A DNA stretch of 64,000 bases from Lama guanicoe. Taxonomy: Eukaryota. Position 1 is the first letter of the stretch. Each line of letters starts with the position of its first letter. Below the pieces are notes generated by a model. The model was not told the origin of the DNA, made no database searches, and worked only from the letters and a program-made list of their open reading frames with translations. The DNA lies in contig MU054323.1 of NCBI GenBank assembly GCA_013239625.1, positions 1,736,001 to 1,800,000 of the forward strand, read 5' to 3'. The position numbers were made by a program, and so were the translations under genes. This document shows, piece by piece, positions 12,340-24,510 of the stretch.

Positions 12340-12722
12340 TCTCAAGATGTTCATCTGAGTGACTCTAGCCAAACATTTAGAATCATCTGTGGAGCTTTGA
12401 AAAATGCTAGTGGCTTCCCCAACCCAAGGCCATGTAAGTCAGAAAATCTGGGGGTGGCACCTGGGCATTGTTTTGTTTTAATAGCTCCCCAGGTGATTTT
12501 AACCTTCACCTAAGATTGAGGATCCACGCTCTGACCTTGCTGAAAGTGATTCCCAAGCTCTTGTGTATGAACGCTCATCTGGATGCTTGTTGACAAATTC
12601 ATATCCTTGCACCCAGCCTGGAGGTTTTGATTCAGCCAGTATACACAATGGTCAGTGGAAACTGACTTTTTTTTAAAACAAAGTATCCCATGTGGGGCTC
12701 AGACAACGCATTGAGAAAGTCT
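12340..12722. mobile_element. MER5-like hAT-Charlie MITE fragments
   Basis: tagaatcatctgtggagctttgaaaaatgc...agaaaatctgggggtggcacctgggcatt...gctccccaggtgatttt and a second copy ending ttgagaaa. Confidence 0.75.
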
Positions 12723-12847
12723 CCATAAAATAAGAAATGAGCCCCTGCTGTGGTAGAAACTGTGTGCAATTCAAGAGGTAAAAAATGGCCTGAGTACCGT
12801 TGGCGCCCTTGGAGAGGGTTCCTTTCTCCCACCTCCTGCGGTCACAG

Positions 12848-12940
12848 AACAAGTCTATGATGGCAACAAAGTCTCTCCGGCTGGTGACACCTGTGATGGC
12901 CTCTTACTACAATGGCACCTGTTATCATCACTTTCCAAGG
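12848..12940 (+). pseudogene. Decayed exon, start of last CTL domain
   Basis: Acceptor ctcctgcggtcacag; TCDG / SYYNGTCYHHFPR; donor agg/gcaagt; phase 0 matches the next exon. Confidence 0.7.
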
Positions 12941-13640
12941 GCAAGTGGAATTACCTTGATTGACTTTGGGTCTTTGCTCATACAGTTCGCGCTGTCTAAA
13001 TGTCTCTCTTTTCACCTAGCTGACTCCTGCTCATCCCTGTCACTTCCTCTAGGAAGACATCTCTGACCTCCCACACTAGAAGACTCCAGACTCCAGACTT
13101 CTCCAGTCTAGATTAGGTGCCTCTCCTCTGGGCCCTCAGAGCCTCTCTGTGTATTAATCTCAAAGGTTCATCTACTTCTCAACTGTACCCCTCACTAAGC
13201 CCTTGAGGAAAAGTCTAGTCTCCAGGATGTAGCCTGGGATCTGGCCATAGTAGGTCCTCAGGAATGCGTGCTGAGCTGATCTAGACTTCTGACCTAAACA
13301 CACTCACTGTGCTTCAACTAGTGGGCATCCCAGCATTCTGCCTTCCAATTGGTTTCATTTGGGGATGCAGTCAGGGCAGTGGCTTCCCCCATGTTCTAGG
13401 TCAACAGTCCCTCCGTCTGGAACTGAATCGGTGTGTGTGTGGCTGGAAAGGATGGAGGAAGCTCAGCTGGCTCTGCACGTCTGTAGCCCTGGGTCTGGCA
13501 AATAGTAACTGCTCAGAACTACTGCTTGACTGAATGAAATAAGGGAACAAAGAAGGAAGAAGCCAAAGGATATACAGAATGAGGATGTGGAGGCCCCACA
13601 AAGTCCTGAATCACAGAAGGAAAATCTCACTGTTTATTAG

Positions 13641-13915
13641 ATTCTAATCACTCTGAAATATCCAAACCCACTTTCAGGAGAAAGACTTACTTTGGTTTCC
13701 CTAGGAAACAGGATAAATGAGAATATTTTTCTGAACATTCCAGTAAATGGGTTAATGTAGTAAGTGTTGATAGGTCAAATAATGTAGTTGTGTAAACAAG
13801 TGTTCAAGTTGCTGCCAACAAAGATGTGGAATCTCCCTAAAGGAAACTTAGTTTTTAGGCCCTTTACAAACATCATCCACAAGTAATAAAGTTGATAAAT
13901 GTAGTATTTCTCAAG
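13641..13915 (+). pseudogene. Decayed exon, middle of last CTL domain
   Basis: Acceptor tgtttattag; one frame gives LTLVSLGNRINENIFL...VLIGQ...MWNLPKGNLVFRPFTN, then SNKVDKCS; donor aag/gtaca. Confidence 0.68.
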
Positions 13916-14101
13916 GTACACTCCTAATGCTAGAGCTCTTATTTATAAAAGCATGTCACATTTTGCTATAGGCACTTGTAAATAATAAAATTGCTTTCCT
14001 TTAAAAAAAATAGAAATCCTTGCACGTTCCCCATGATTATTAAGAGCTGAGATAGATTTTTAATATAGAAGTAAGTGCATGAGTTATTTTTTAATTTGAA
14101 G

Positions 14102-14176
14102 AATGAAATGGTGTCCTTTTCAGTGTAACATCAGTTAAAGAGCAAATAATATAATTGTCTCTTTGTGAGCTACAAG
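14102..14176 (+). pseudogene. Decayed exon, end of last CTL domain
   Basis: Acceptor ttttttaatttgaag; MKWCPFQCNIS*R...-SLCELQ. Confidence 0.62.
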
Positions 14177-14564
14177 GAGGAGGGACCATTAAGCTTTGAA
14201 GGCAACGGAAAGAGGAAAGTTGAGGATGGTTGAGGTAGTTGGCTGGAGAATACTGAGGGGAATTGATTGATGAGGGCTTCATTCATTCAATCAGAAAATA
14301 TTTATTAGATATCTACTCTGTGTCAGTCACTGTTTTGGAAGCTGAGAAATGATGCAGGAAGATTTCACAAAACAGATTATGGTGACATAGGAAGAACTTT
14401 GAACAAGGAAATCTGGTTTTAGTTCTGTGAATGCCCTGGGTAATTTCTTGTCCTCCCTGTACTCTAGTTTCTATATATGTAAAATGGGGGGATGAGATTG
14501 GACCACATGATCCCTGAGTTTCCATCCATCTCTGTCATTAAGATACCACCAGTTGACTGAAAAA

Positions 14565-14847
14565 TTAAAAGAACTGTCAGCAATGTCAATGTGGGAATTC
14601 AGTATGTTAAAGTTCAAGATGAGAACAGGCTGAAGAAACTGCTTACTTAGCTTGCTTAATGAGTAGAGAGCGTTCATAATTATTTTTCATGAGGGCGTGT
14701 GAAGTTGGGTGGAAGATGAGTGGAAGGGGTCTGAGAAAATTATACATAAGGACTGGATCTATTTCTCCATGTCTCTGTACCACCATAGGGATGGGCTACA
14801 TTCAAACGAGCACAGACTAAAGCCAGGCTTAATGTCAGTTTTACGGT
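14565..14847 (+). pseudogene. Decayed LDL-receptor class A module(s) and start of a CUB domain
   Basis: NCQQCQCGNSVC*SSR* / G*RNC...NE, then KLYIRTGSISP, YIQTSTD, RLNVSFT; donor gtaaga at 14848. Confidence 0.5.
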
Positions 14848-14966
14848 GTAAGAAAAAACAAATCCTGAGTTTGTTGCTTTTACGTCTCACTCAATTCTTA
14901 GATCCTTGAGGTCTCCCTCTGTCATTTCTTGTCTTTGTGATGTCGGGCAGTTTCTAATGGTTTCAG

Positions 14967-15230
14967 ATCGAGTTTGATGTGTACATTGTATGAAATAAAA
15001 CATATAAGACACTTCAAGTCATGCTTGATACTGAGTAAGTTCTAGAATGTTAGTTTCTTTTCTTTCTAGTATAAATAAAAGCATGGTATTCCAGGATCTT
15101 CTATGGTAGAGCCGAACTGTGAACATGTATTCCTTTAGAAGTAATTCTTTCTTAAAGATAATGACTTTGTGTTCGCCTCCTTGGGCTGAAGTATGAATTC
15201 TCTCCCACAAGGATTTTCAATTATAGGCTT
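14967..15230 (+). pseudogene. Decayed CUB domain, two exon remnants (14967-15034, 15070-15230)
   Basis: IEFDVYIV*NKTYKTLQV /gtaagt; acceptor tttctttctag then RIFYGR, YSFRSNSFLKI, QGFS, NYRL /gtaagt. Confidence 0.5.
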
Positions 15231-15487
15231 GTAAGTATTTTTTCTCCCTACACCCAATTACTCCTTTTGTCACTGCACCATCTACCTGCTGTCAAAGTTT
15301 TCCCTCTAAAGCACAATTTTTATCATACCATTCCCCTGATCAAAATACTACAGTGTCTCCCCATCGCACACAGAATAAAATCCCAACCCCTTAAAGCTTG
15401 CGTTCTAAGCTCACCAAGATCCAGACCCAGCGCACCCTTCCATTCCCCTTCTCACATCATCTCACTCCATTCGCATTACCCTCTATC

Positions 15488-15682
15488 CCAGTGGTTCTCA
15501 AGCCCAAATGTACTTCAGAATCACCTAGAAGCCTTGTTAAAAAACATGTTTCTGGGCCTCATGCCCAGTGTTTCCGATTCAGTGAGTCTGGGATGGGGCC
15601 TTGAAATTCTGCATTTTTGACAAATTTCCAAATGATTTTGATGCTACTTGTCTGGGAGCTATGCTTTAAGAACAGTCGTTCT
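15488..15682. mobile_element. MER5A-like MITE
   Basis: cagtggttctcaag...cagaatcacctagaagccttgttaaaa...tctgcatttttgacaaatttcc...gctttaagaacag. Confidence 0.85.
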
Positions 15683-16083
15683 GACCACACAAAGCACAGG
15701 TCTTTTTGATATACATCGTGTAAGTACTTTTACATCTTGCCATTTTCTCGTGCCCTGTTATTGGTAGAGTTCCCCTCACTTTTTAAGTTCATTTTACTTT
15801 CTACGGTCTTGTCACTCAGTCAGAATCAGGGAGGGAGGCATTCTCTTGTGTGTATTTCTTCCACATGCTCTTGCACTTCTGTTTTAGTATTTATTTCATC
15901 CCACACTGTTGTAGAGCTCATTTTGTGTTTGCCCTCTCTTTCATTAAATTGTCACTCCCTTGTGGGAGGGGACCTGATTTAATTAATCTTTGAATTCTCA
16001 AAAGGCTTAAGTTTCATCGTGGTGCCTAGGAGGCAACCCCAGGAATTATACACACTTTTTTCTCCTTTCTCTTCTTATTGCAG

Positions 16084-16290
16084 CCTTCCAGGAAGACAGC
16101 AATCTCAAGGGTAGCAGCCACCCCTCCTTCTGAGGTTGAAGAATTTGTAGCATTTAAGTGTCTGAACTAATGGGCTCTATCAGCAATGTTATAGAGAGAT
16201 CCACCAGGGTTAGAAGGGAACCAGCATAGAATATTGGTTTAGCATAGGCTTAAGAGCTACCTGTGTCATAAAGATGCTAAACCCATTGGA
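16084..16290 (+). pseudogene. Decayed sushi (CCP) exon
   Basis: Strong acceptor tttctcttcttattgcag and donor gtaagt; SEVEEFVAFKCL, ELMGS, QQCY. Confidence 0.5.
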
Positions 16291-16939
16291 GTAAGTCCAG
16301 CTGTTTTGGGGAACACAGACTAAAGTCAACTACGATCTAATGAGGTGTTTGAATTGTTTTTAAAAGGAAAAGGGCCAGAAGCAATTTCTGTTCTGTGGAT
16401 AGCCTTTTCCCATACAGAACGTAAGAAAAAAAAAAAAGAGAGAGGAATTAGTAATGAAGCCAGAGTGAGTGCACAGTCTGGAAAAAGTTTTGCTCAAAGT
16501 AAATTTCAGGAAATGTAGAATAATCAATCTCCTTTAATACCCTGTCAGTTTCCTAAGAGCGCAGAGTGAACTCAGTCCTCCCATGTGACTCCTGCTTGCT
16601 GTTGGCGAGGAAGGTACTTCTTAGCCTCCCCCTGCTCTTCCTCTTCCCCTGCCTTCCTCTGAGCACCAGATTCCATTCCGGTTCTCTTGATTTCTCTGCC
16701 TCACACGCTCTTTGGGGGATTCCATCTGGCCCCGTGACTCCGTCTGTTACCGCTAGCTGATGACTGCATCCAACCTAGATCTTTCTCCTGAGCCGCACAC
16801 CCTTGGAGCCAACAGTTATTCTTAACTCCCCTTGGCTGTTCTACAAGGGTCTCAGATTCAATAGGCCCCTAATAAATTCATCATTTTGATGGTGCTCTGG
16901 CCATTTGCAGGGCATTGATGACAAAGATCACAGGATTGG

Positions 16940-17440
16940 TTTAACCACTTTGGAAAACTGTTCAATTGTTTCTATGAAAGCTGAACAAAAGCATGGGGTA
17001 TGATCCAAAAATTCTGCTCCTAGGTAGACTGCTAACGGAAATGCTTACATACGTTTACCAAGAGATATACAGAAGAATGTTTATAGCAGCACTATTTGTG
17101 ATATCCCCAAACTGGAAACTATCCAAATGTTCCATTGACTATAGAATGGATATATAAATTTGGCTTAATCATTTGATGAAATACTATAAAACAATAAAAA
17201 CCAACAAACTGTGGCATAAACAAGTCATGTGGAACATTATGGATGAATCATATAAACATACTGTTGAACGAAAGAAGCCAGAGACAGAAGAATACATCCT
17301 GAATGCTTCCATTTACGTAAAGCTCAGAAGCAGGCAAAATGAATTTATGCTGTGAGAAATCGGGAGAGTGAACACCCTTTAGGAGAATGAGATGGGAAGG
17401 AAGCATGAGGGGGCTTTAGGTGTGCTGGCAAAGTTCTTCT
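16940..17440 (+). mobile_element. Old L1 3' end (L1ME-like)
   Basis: accactttggaaaactg, tatgatccaaaaattctgctcctagg, aagaatgtttatagcagcactatttgtg, aaactggaaactatccaaatg. Confidence 0.88.
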
Positions 17441-17793
17441 TGATTGAGAAAAGGAAAAAGAAAAGGACAGGGGCCACTGTATTCTTTTCAGTCTCTTTTC
17501 AGCTGAGCATTCAGGTCTCAATTATGGTTTCTGTCATAACCCTCTTCTGGTACTTTGTGGTTTATTTCCCCTTTGGTAGCCCAACATGGAGCAAATAAAC
17601 CAATAAAATGAGGAAACAAACTGTAAGAGGGCAGACTGTGTACAAGGTCTAGTCAAAATGTTGTTTCTAAACATCCAGTTGGCTGTCCTGGCCTCCGTGA
17701 TTTGCCTGTTCTCTGCCTCCATGCAGGTCCCCAGGGCACTAGTCTCAGTCTAGAATTCAAGCTAAGAAGAATTTTCAGACTGAAGCTCTGCAG

Positions 17794-17970
17794 ATTGAGT
17801 AACTTGTGGACCTGAGTTCTTTATCCAATAAACTACAGAGGGTTTTTTTGTGTATGTTAGTCAACTTAACAATTTCTAAGTAAAAGGCAATTTCTGAGCT
17901 GCTGTTGGCCAGAAATCTGGATTGTACTGCAAGTGGGACAGAGTCCATTGTCAGCTGAGTTGCAACATTA
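17794..17970 (+). pseudogene. Decayed sushi exon
   Basis: TCGPEFFIQ*TTEGFFVYVSQL, then RNLDCTASGTES, LSCNI. Confidence 0.6.
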
Positions 17971-17974
17971 GTTT

Positions 17975-18385
17975 TCTAGGTGATAAACCCTGCAATCTCA
18001 ATAGAGGAACTCGGCAGAAGTTTTTTTCTAGCTTATGTAAAGTCTAGCGGTGACAGTGGCAGAGAGGTGGGCAGGGGAGGGAAGGCTCTGCTTCATGTGG
18101 TCATTCAGGCTTATGGAGGCTCTGGTATCTTCAATATGTATCATCCAAGGTCACCTTGGATGCTGACATCCAACTGGCAGAGGAGAAAATGAGAGTGGAG
18201 TGTTGTACAGTAATAATAGGTCAGGCCTGGCAGTGTGATTCATCACTTTTCCGTTCACTTTTCATTGGCTACACCTGGTCATGTAAACACACCTAAAGTC
18301 AAGGGAGGCCGGGAGGTGTGGTCCAGCTGTGAGCATGGAAGGAAGGAAAACTAGTTTGGTGAATAGCTAGCTAGACTCTGCCACA
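17975..18385 (-). mobile_element. MaLR solo LTR (MLT1-like)
   Basis: ggctctgcttcatgtggtcattcagg, catcacttttccgttcacttttcattggcta, aagggaggccgggaggtgtggtccagctgtg. Confidence 0.65.
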
Positions 18386-18443
18386 TTTGGATTCAGCTGC
18401 AAGCAGGGAAAAATTAATCAGAGGTGAAAGGTGGGTGTAAAAC

Positions 18444-18613
18444 AAATGTGAACCTCTGTTGGTTGGAATATGCCACAGGTGAGACACCAGAACCCTGGTG
18501 GGCTGAAGTGAGGGATGTAAAATAGGACTGAACTCTACTCACAACTCAGAGTTGAGTTTTTGGTGCTGCAGACTGAAACTGGACAAGGGGCAATCATGCC
18601 TATACCCCGCTGA
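18444..18613 (+). pseudogene. Decayed sushi exon
   Basis: KCEPLL, LVG-EVR-GCKIG, AAD*NWTRGNHAYTP. Confidence 0.6.
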
Positions 18614-19179
18614 GTAAACAGAAGAGGAAGACCAACGTTTCTAATCAGTGGCATCCCACGCCACGTCTACCCCTTTTCTTACATTCTCTCCTATTTGCAC
18701 AGTTACCCAAGCCTAACACTGGGAGCAGTTCTTCCATCTCTACACTTAACTAAGTATACTAAGTCCTGTCAAGTTCCTGCCCTGAATTTTATTCACTCCA
18801 TTGCATTGTTCCACTTCTACTGATAATTTCCCATTTCTGAGTCTCTTTAGCTCTCAAGTGACCTTGAGAGCTAACATAGCTACATAGATCTCTAATATAT
18901 CTACCCAGTTACTATCTCACTACTTTGATCTAGGCTCCATACATTGTCAAATTAATCTTAAACTGCCATTATTCAAGCATTTCAATGACTCTTCACTGCC
19001 TATCAAATTAAATATTAATGCCTTAGTTTGACATACACGAGATTTCTCATCTCGTCCCCAAATGACCTATTCACCTTTAGCTCTGGCAATTTCAATACCC
19101 TACAAACTCTGTATTCCAGACCAATCTAACTCTCATTTTCTTTATAGTCCTCAAGTCCATTTTACAAGTTGGTGAGCTC

Positions 19180-21350
19180 CTAATCATTAATCACATCTTC
19201 ATCAATTTTGAAAAGTTGTTGGCCATTTTATTCTAAAATATTTCTCTATACTATTCTGTCTTCAGCTTCTGGCACTCCATGTTTGTTAGAACGTTTCATA
19301 TTGTCCTACAGATTTCAAATGCTCTGTTCTTTTAGAAATGTCTTGCTTTTTAGTCTTATTTTGGTTACTTTATATTGATCTATCTTCAGGTTCACTGGTC
19401 CTTTCTTCAGCTATGTCCATTTTGATTTTAAGACCTTATATTAAATTCATTACTCATATTGTAATTCTCATTTTTCGTATTTCCATTTGGACTAAAAGTA
19501 GTTTCTATTTTTCTTTTATAATCACTCAACTCTTAAAAATTGAAATGTAGCTGACATACAATAAATATTATATTATACAAAGTAGTAGTAATGTAGTAGT
19601 AATGGTAATAGCTTCAGCATAGTGATTTGACTTATATACATCATGAAATGATCTATCACAGTCATTTTCATGGATATCCATCATCTCATATAGAAACAAA
19701 ATTAAACAATTAGTCATTTTTTGTTGTGATGAGAACTCAGGATTTAGTCTTAAAAACTTTCATATTTAACAAAAGTAATATTGTTTATTTATCATGTTGT
19801 ATATTATATCCCTAGTACTTATTTATCTTATTATTAGAAGTTTGTAGTAGCTTTTGACAGCCTTCATCCACTTTCTCCTCCCCTAACCTCTGCCTGTGGT
19901 AACCACAAATTTGCTCTTTTTTAAATATGAGTTTATTTGCATGTTTGTTTGTTTTTGAAGTATAATCAGTCTATGCTATGTTAGTTCCTGTTACACAGCC
20001 TAGTTTTTGTTTTTTTTTATGCATTTCAAAATGACCATCTCAATAAGTATGGTGTGTCCATGGGAAGAGGCGAACTCAGTGTCTTCCTACTCCACCATCT
20101 CGGCCACACCTGTGTAATCATTCACCCATGAAGCAATTTGCATATGTTTTCAACTAGATCCTCTGGCATTTTTATCCTAGATATTTTCAAGACCCAGTAA
20201 TGTTTCAGAATCTGTACTATCTCTGATTCTGCTTTCACTGGCTCTGTCCTTTGTTGTCCACAGGTCACATTTTCTTGATTCATGATGTATCTTACAATGT
20301 TTGGTCACATAGCAGACCTTTGCTATCAAAAACAAACTAATGCAAGCAACATTTACTCTCAGAAAAGAATGCACTCCTCCTGCTGTCAGACTTTTGGAAT
20401 GAGGGCCTATGTCAGTCTGATCTGTCGCTGACCTCAGCTGGGCTGTGCAGTGGCTTTGGTTCGATTCCGTTCACTCATTGCAGGCTTGAGTTGTTCTGAG
20501 GGTGGCTTGGGACTTTCTCTTCAGCAAGGTTTATGCCCTGGACGTGACATGATTCTGGAGATTTTTTTACAGATTACAACTTACTTTATAGCTTTCCAAA
20601 CTGTGTGAAAACTTGCTCTACTTTATAGTCTGGCTGTAAGATTTACAGGTTGCTAGGGAATTCTCTCTGTTCTTTAGTTTAGTCCCTGTAATTTTTGTGG
20701 CTTAGAAAAACTTTTTTCCCCTGCTGGCCTGTTCACAGTTCCTCGGGCAATTTTACTCCCCTCTAGGAAGCTTTGGAATGCCATGTTTTTCTGCAGATGT
20801 CTTTTATCTCCTCAAGTATTTGGTGCCTGGGTACCTGTGAGGCCTCCAGTGAATTTCTTTTAGCTCTCTTGTCCTACTTCTTGCCTCTGGAGGGTGGCTA
20901 CTTTGTCCCTGTAGGAGGCACTGTGTCCCTCATGGGCGATCTTTCTCGGTGCTTTTGACCTGCTCTAAGCCTTTGGCATTCTATCTCCGAGCACAAAGAC
21001 CCTTTGGCAAGATTTGGCAGATGAATTTAGTGTGACTCTGTGCCTGGGGTTTCTCAGAATATTAATCTGTCATACTAGTCCATATACAGCCTGAAATTTT
21101 TGTTAAAATTTCAGGTGATTCTCTTTATCCCCAACTATTTTTTCCCTCATTACTCTGCCAGGAATGCAAACTGTTGAGAATTTCTTCTCTCTTATAGTGA
21201 GCTTGTCCTTTCTTGGAGTTCATTTCAGTTAGGTTTCTTTGAATAGTTGATTCACATATTTGAAAAAACAAAGGTATTGTAGCTTCTCTATCTTGTTTGT
21301 TAGGCTGAGATCAACACTCGCATGTGACTTTCTACACCCTAAGCAGAGAC
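19180..21350 (-). mobile_element. Old L1 fragments with a nested L1 3'UTR piece (~19530-20110)
   Basis: tcttcatcaattttgaaaagttgttggccattt, tatcttcaggttcactggtcctttcttcagct (L1 ORF1 region antisense); ttgtgatgagaactcaggattta (3'UTR). Confidence 0.7.
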
Positions 21351-21989
21351 AGAATGTTCATGTGTGATATTTTTAAAAATTTCCTGGTTTACTTAGCATG
21401 CCTGGCAATTTCAGCAGTTACCATATTGTAGGAGAATTCTGGGGAGGGGGAGTTCCCCATAATAACTTCCATGTGATTATTTTTTTCACTTCCATAAGGC
21501 CATTCCCCAATTCCATTTTTGCCTTCCTCTGGATCATGAGACAGGTAGAATCATATAGCATTGGTTGCTCTAGAAATCCCAGTAATAACGCAACTCATAT
21601 TTATGTGGCACTTGTACAGGAATTCAATCTTATTTACTGCTACAGCTCCACACCCTGGAACAGTATGTACAGAGACCAAACAATTAATAAACATTTGTTG
21701 AATGACTATTTGATCCTTAAACTATCCCCAAAGATAAACAGAAAAGGGAAAGAACCCACATTTGTTAAATGTCTACTTTGTGTTAGAAACTGTTCCACAT
21801 ACTTTATACTCATTATTTTAGTTAATACTTAGAGTAACACGGCGATGAACTATTATTAATGTTCTGAAGAATAGCAAACTAAAGTCTCCAACCTGTCAGT
21901 GGATACTCAGCTCACTCCACTGGAACCCAGGTTGACTCTTGGTTCTTGATCCTTTCCACCCCACCAAACTGTCTCCCGTAGAATGGCTC

Positions 21990-23095
21990 TCCAGTTGTGA
22001 GGAAACTCGGGAACACAGTGTCTCTAGAAACCCTTCACCACTGGTAACTGAGACATCTCTTCTCAGTTATAACCAAAGTTCAAATGTCTGCATCAGGGAA
22101 GAAAAGAGACACATATGCAAGTTTACTCTTTTATGTGTTTGTATCCAGGATTAAAATGGACTTTTTTTGTATAACAAATTCTACCTAAGTAAGAACATCT
22201 ATGTGCTTGACTAAATAAAAATGCTGCTAACATTCTAATATTATCTGTTTCTTGAAAACTTTCCTGGCTCTTCAAAAAAATTCCAAGGTCAGCCCATCCT
22301 CCCATGTGTATACTTGCCATTTGTAATGGAAGCTTCTGGTTTTATTAAGCAAATCAAGCAGCATCCTTTGCAGTAGAAGTGAATTTAAACCACCCGATCC
22401 TGAACTGACTTCATATAAAGGCTCTTGCCTGGATGTATTGCACTACATTTGCATGAAAGTAATGTTAAAAGGCGATCATGTGGATCATGTGCAGAAAACT
22501 GAATTTGTTGAAAGAATTGAATACTTAATAAAATTTGAAGTGACCGCATGATCCCTAATTTCCCATAAATAAATACATTTCCCAGTTAGCAAAATATATG
22601 TAAAAATTTTTTTCACTCATATATTGGCATTTTAAAATTGAAACTTCTGATTGATGATTTTTCTTTCTAATATTTAAACTTGATTAAATTGGTTTCCATC
22701 ACAATACTGCTATTTTGAGTGCTTGTTTACCCACATTTTCAGAGATATTAGGCATAATATGACCAGGAAGTACTGAAAGATTTTGGATCTCCATGAGAGA
22801 AAAGGGGGATAAAAATTTAACACTTAGATGCAGGTCAGTATTTCTCCAAAGGTACATCTGTCTTGGAGCACACGCAACAAAGTTCCACTGTCAAATATTA
22901 AGGGGTTCTTACTACCCGACAGGAGACCCTGGGGAGAATATATATATGAAACACAATGTGAAAAATATTTTGTAGATTATTATTGTGAAATATTTTGTTC
23001 CCACCAAGTGCTAATCTGCTTTCTCCATCCTCACAGTGAAAGCCATATAATTAACTCTGCTTATCTTTGCCTTGACTCCCAGGAAACTCAGTATC
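21990..23095 (+). pseudogene. Cluster of decayed HYR and sushi exons
   Basis: PFTTG..LSY..HICKFTL (HYR end, ~22030-22130); FPGSSKKFQ..CNGSFW (sushi); FKPPDP..VLHYICMKVMLKGDHV-SCAEN (sushi, 22374-22540); DAGQYFSKGTSVLEHT-FHCQI (HYR, ~22827-22900); QCEKYFVDYYCEIFCSH..YLCLDSQ (sushi). Confidence 0.62.
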
Positions 23096-23147
23096 AAATC
23101 ATATAGAGAGTTGTATATATATAATCATATCTGCCTGCCGAGTATAC

Positions 23148-23275
23148 TCTCTCTCTCTCTCTCATACACATACACACACACACACTATACACTGATGTAA
23201 ATAATATATACATACATATATTGAAATATATATGTGAATGTACATATGTATATACATATAAAGAGAGAGAACACA
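23148..23275. repeat. Compound (CT)n(CA)n/(TA)n microsatellite region
   Basis: Direct observation. Confidence 0.85.
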
Positions 23276-23549
23276 CTCCATTTAAACAAGTTACCTATGA
23301 TTACATATTTGTTCCAATCCTAATTTCCTCATTCCATATTAATGGTATTGGGCATCTTTGTTGCAAGACATCTTCAACCTTTATAGAGAAGAATTTGGAT
23401 ATAAATAAATGTAAAAAATGTTACATGAAATTTATATCAAATAATAATTTAGTAATATTAGAAAAAGGTTACAAAGATAGAAGAAAATTGAGTCTATTTA
23501 TACGATGCGGGTGGAGACTAGTAGACAGGGGAGCTAACAATTCGTAAGG

Positions 23550-23750
23550 GAGAGCATAGTTGATGAAGGCAGGCTCTGGGGAAAATGTGTGGTTCTAGCA
23601 ACAGCTGTGTGAATTATGGCAAGCCGATTAATTTTTCTGAGCTTCCTGTTTGCACCTCTGTAAAACGGCGCTAATAATTCCCTACCTCCCAGGCTGGCGG
23701 TGAGAAGCAAAGAGACAACGTAGGGAAAGTGCTTCACAGTCTATAAAATC
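23550..23750 (+). mobile_element. MIR SINE
   Basis: gctgtgtgaattatggcaagccgattaatttttctgagcttcctgtttgcacctctgtaaaacgg core. Confidence 0.8.
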
Positions 23751-23774
23751 CCACTCACGTGTAGTTCGCTGGTG

Positions 23775-23970
23775 TGTCCAGGAAGAGACACAGTGGAATG
23801 ATCTGCAGCTCCTCCAGTCGCCCTGCTTCCATCCTGGGGTCTGTGATTTCAGCCAGGCATCTCAGCGTGGTGTCGGGGTCAGAGCTGTTAGAAGACGGCC
23901 TTGGTGGGAGGCAGCAAGTCGCCATTCTCCATGCAGGAAGACTCCAGTGATGAGCTCCCAGAGACTGGGT
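23775..23970 (+). pseudogene. Decayed sushi exon (tentative)
   Basis: CP-HSGMICSS...LGSVI...SGSELL...LQ**APRDW. Confidence 0.4.
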
Positions 23971-24321
23971 TTTGTTTTTAAATTTTTCTCCTTTCTGTAT
24001 CCTTAGAGGGGATGCTATCACCTTGCCCGTGCCATCTTGTCCTATTCCCAAGTGCAATTCTTGCTCAACCAAAGGGTTTGTCCTCCAGAATCCCTGACTG
24101 AGCTCCCTATGCACATGATAGTTCTCTTTGTAGAGTCAGTGCATTGCTGGTCACCTGTCCTCATTTCCAAAGTCCTGCCAGTCAAACGTCACTGATCCAT
24201 CCTCATGGAGGTAGGGGGTGGGGAACCTTGGGTGAACGAGGCCGCCTAAAATAGAAGAAATCTGAATTATGGTCTATCTTTGTTTTGAAGCAATTCAGTT
24301 TCATTTCTTTCAAATATGCAG

Positions 24322-24510
24322 ACTACCTAGAACAACTTGAATGGCATTGTCCTGAAGGACCTTGCTTCTGTGAATAACCAAATGAGATGCGTGCTTAGCA
24401 CACCAGTTGTGGCTAGGGACAACTAAGCGGCTTAGGTGCCTACTCCCCCCTCCCTCAGCTTGTTTACAGCATTAATTTAATCACTTGACACCTTCTTCAA
24501 AGACTATAAG
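24322..24510 (+). pseudogene. Decayed HYR exon
   Basis: Acceptor tttcatttctttcaaatatgcag, phase 1 (D)YLEQLEWHCPEG, then APVVARDN. Confidence 0.55.

Noticed and set aside
12848..13750. Alternative CUB reading (VYDGNKVSPAGDTC; YPNP)
   Set aside because: The CTL reading fits three consecutive exons, with compatible phase at the first junction and more motifs
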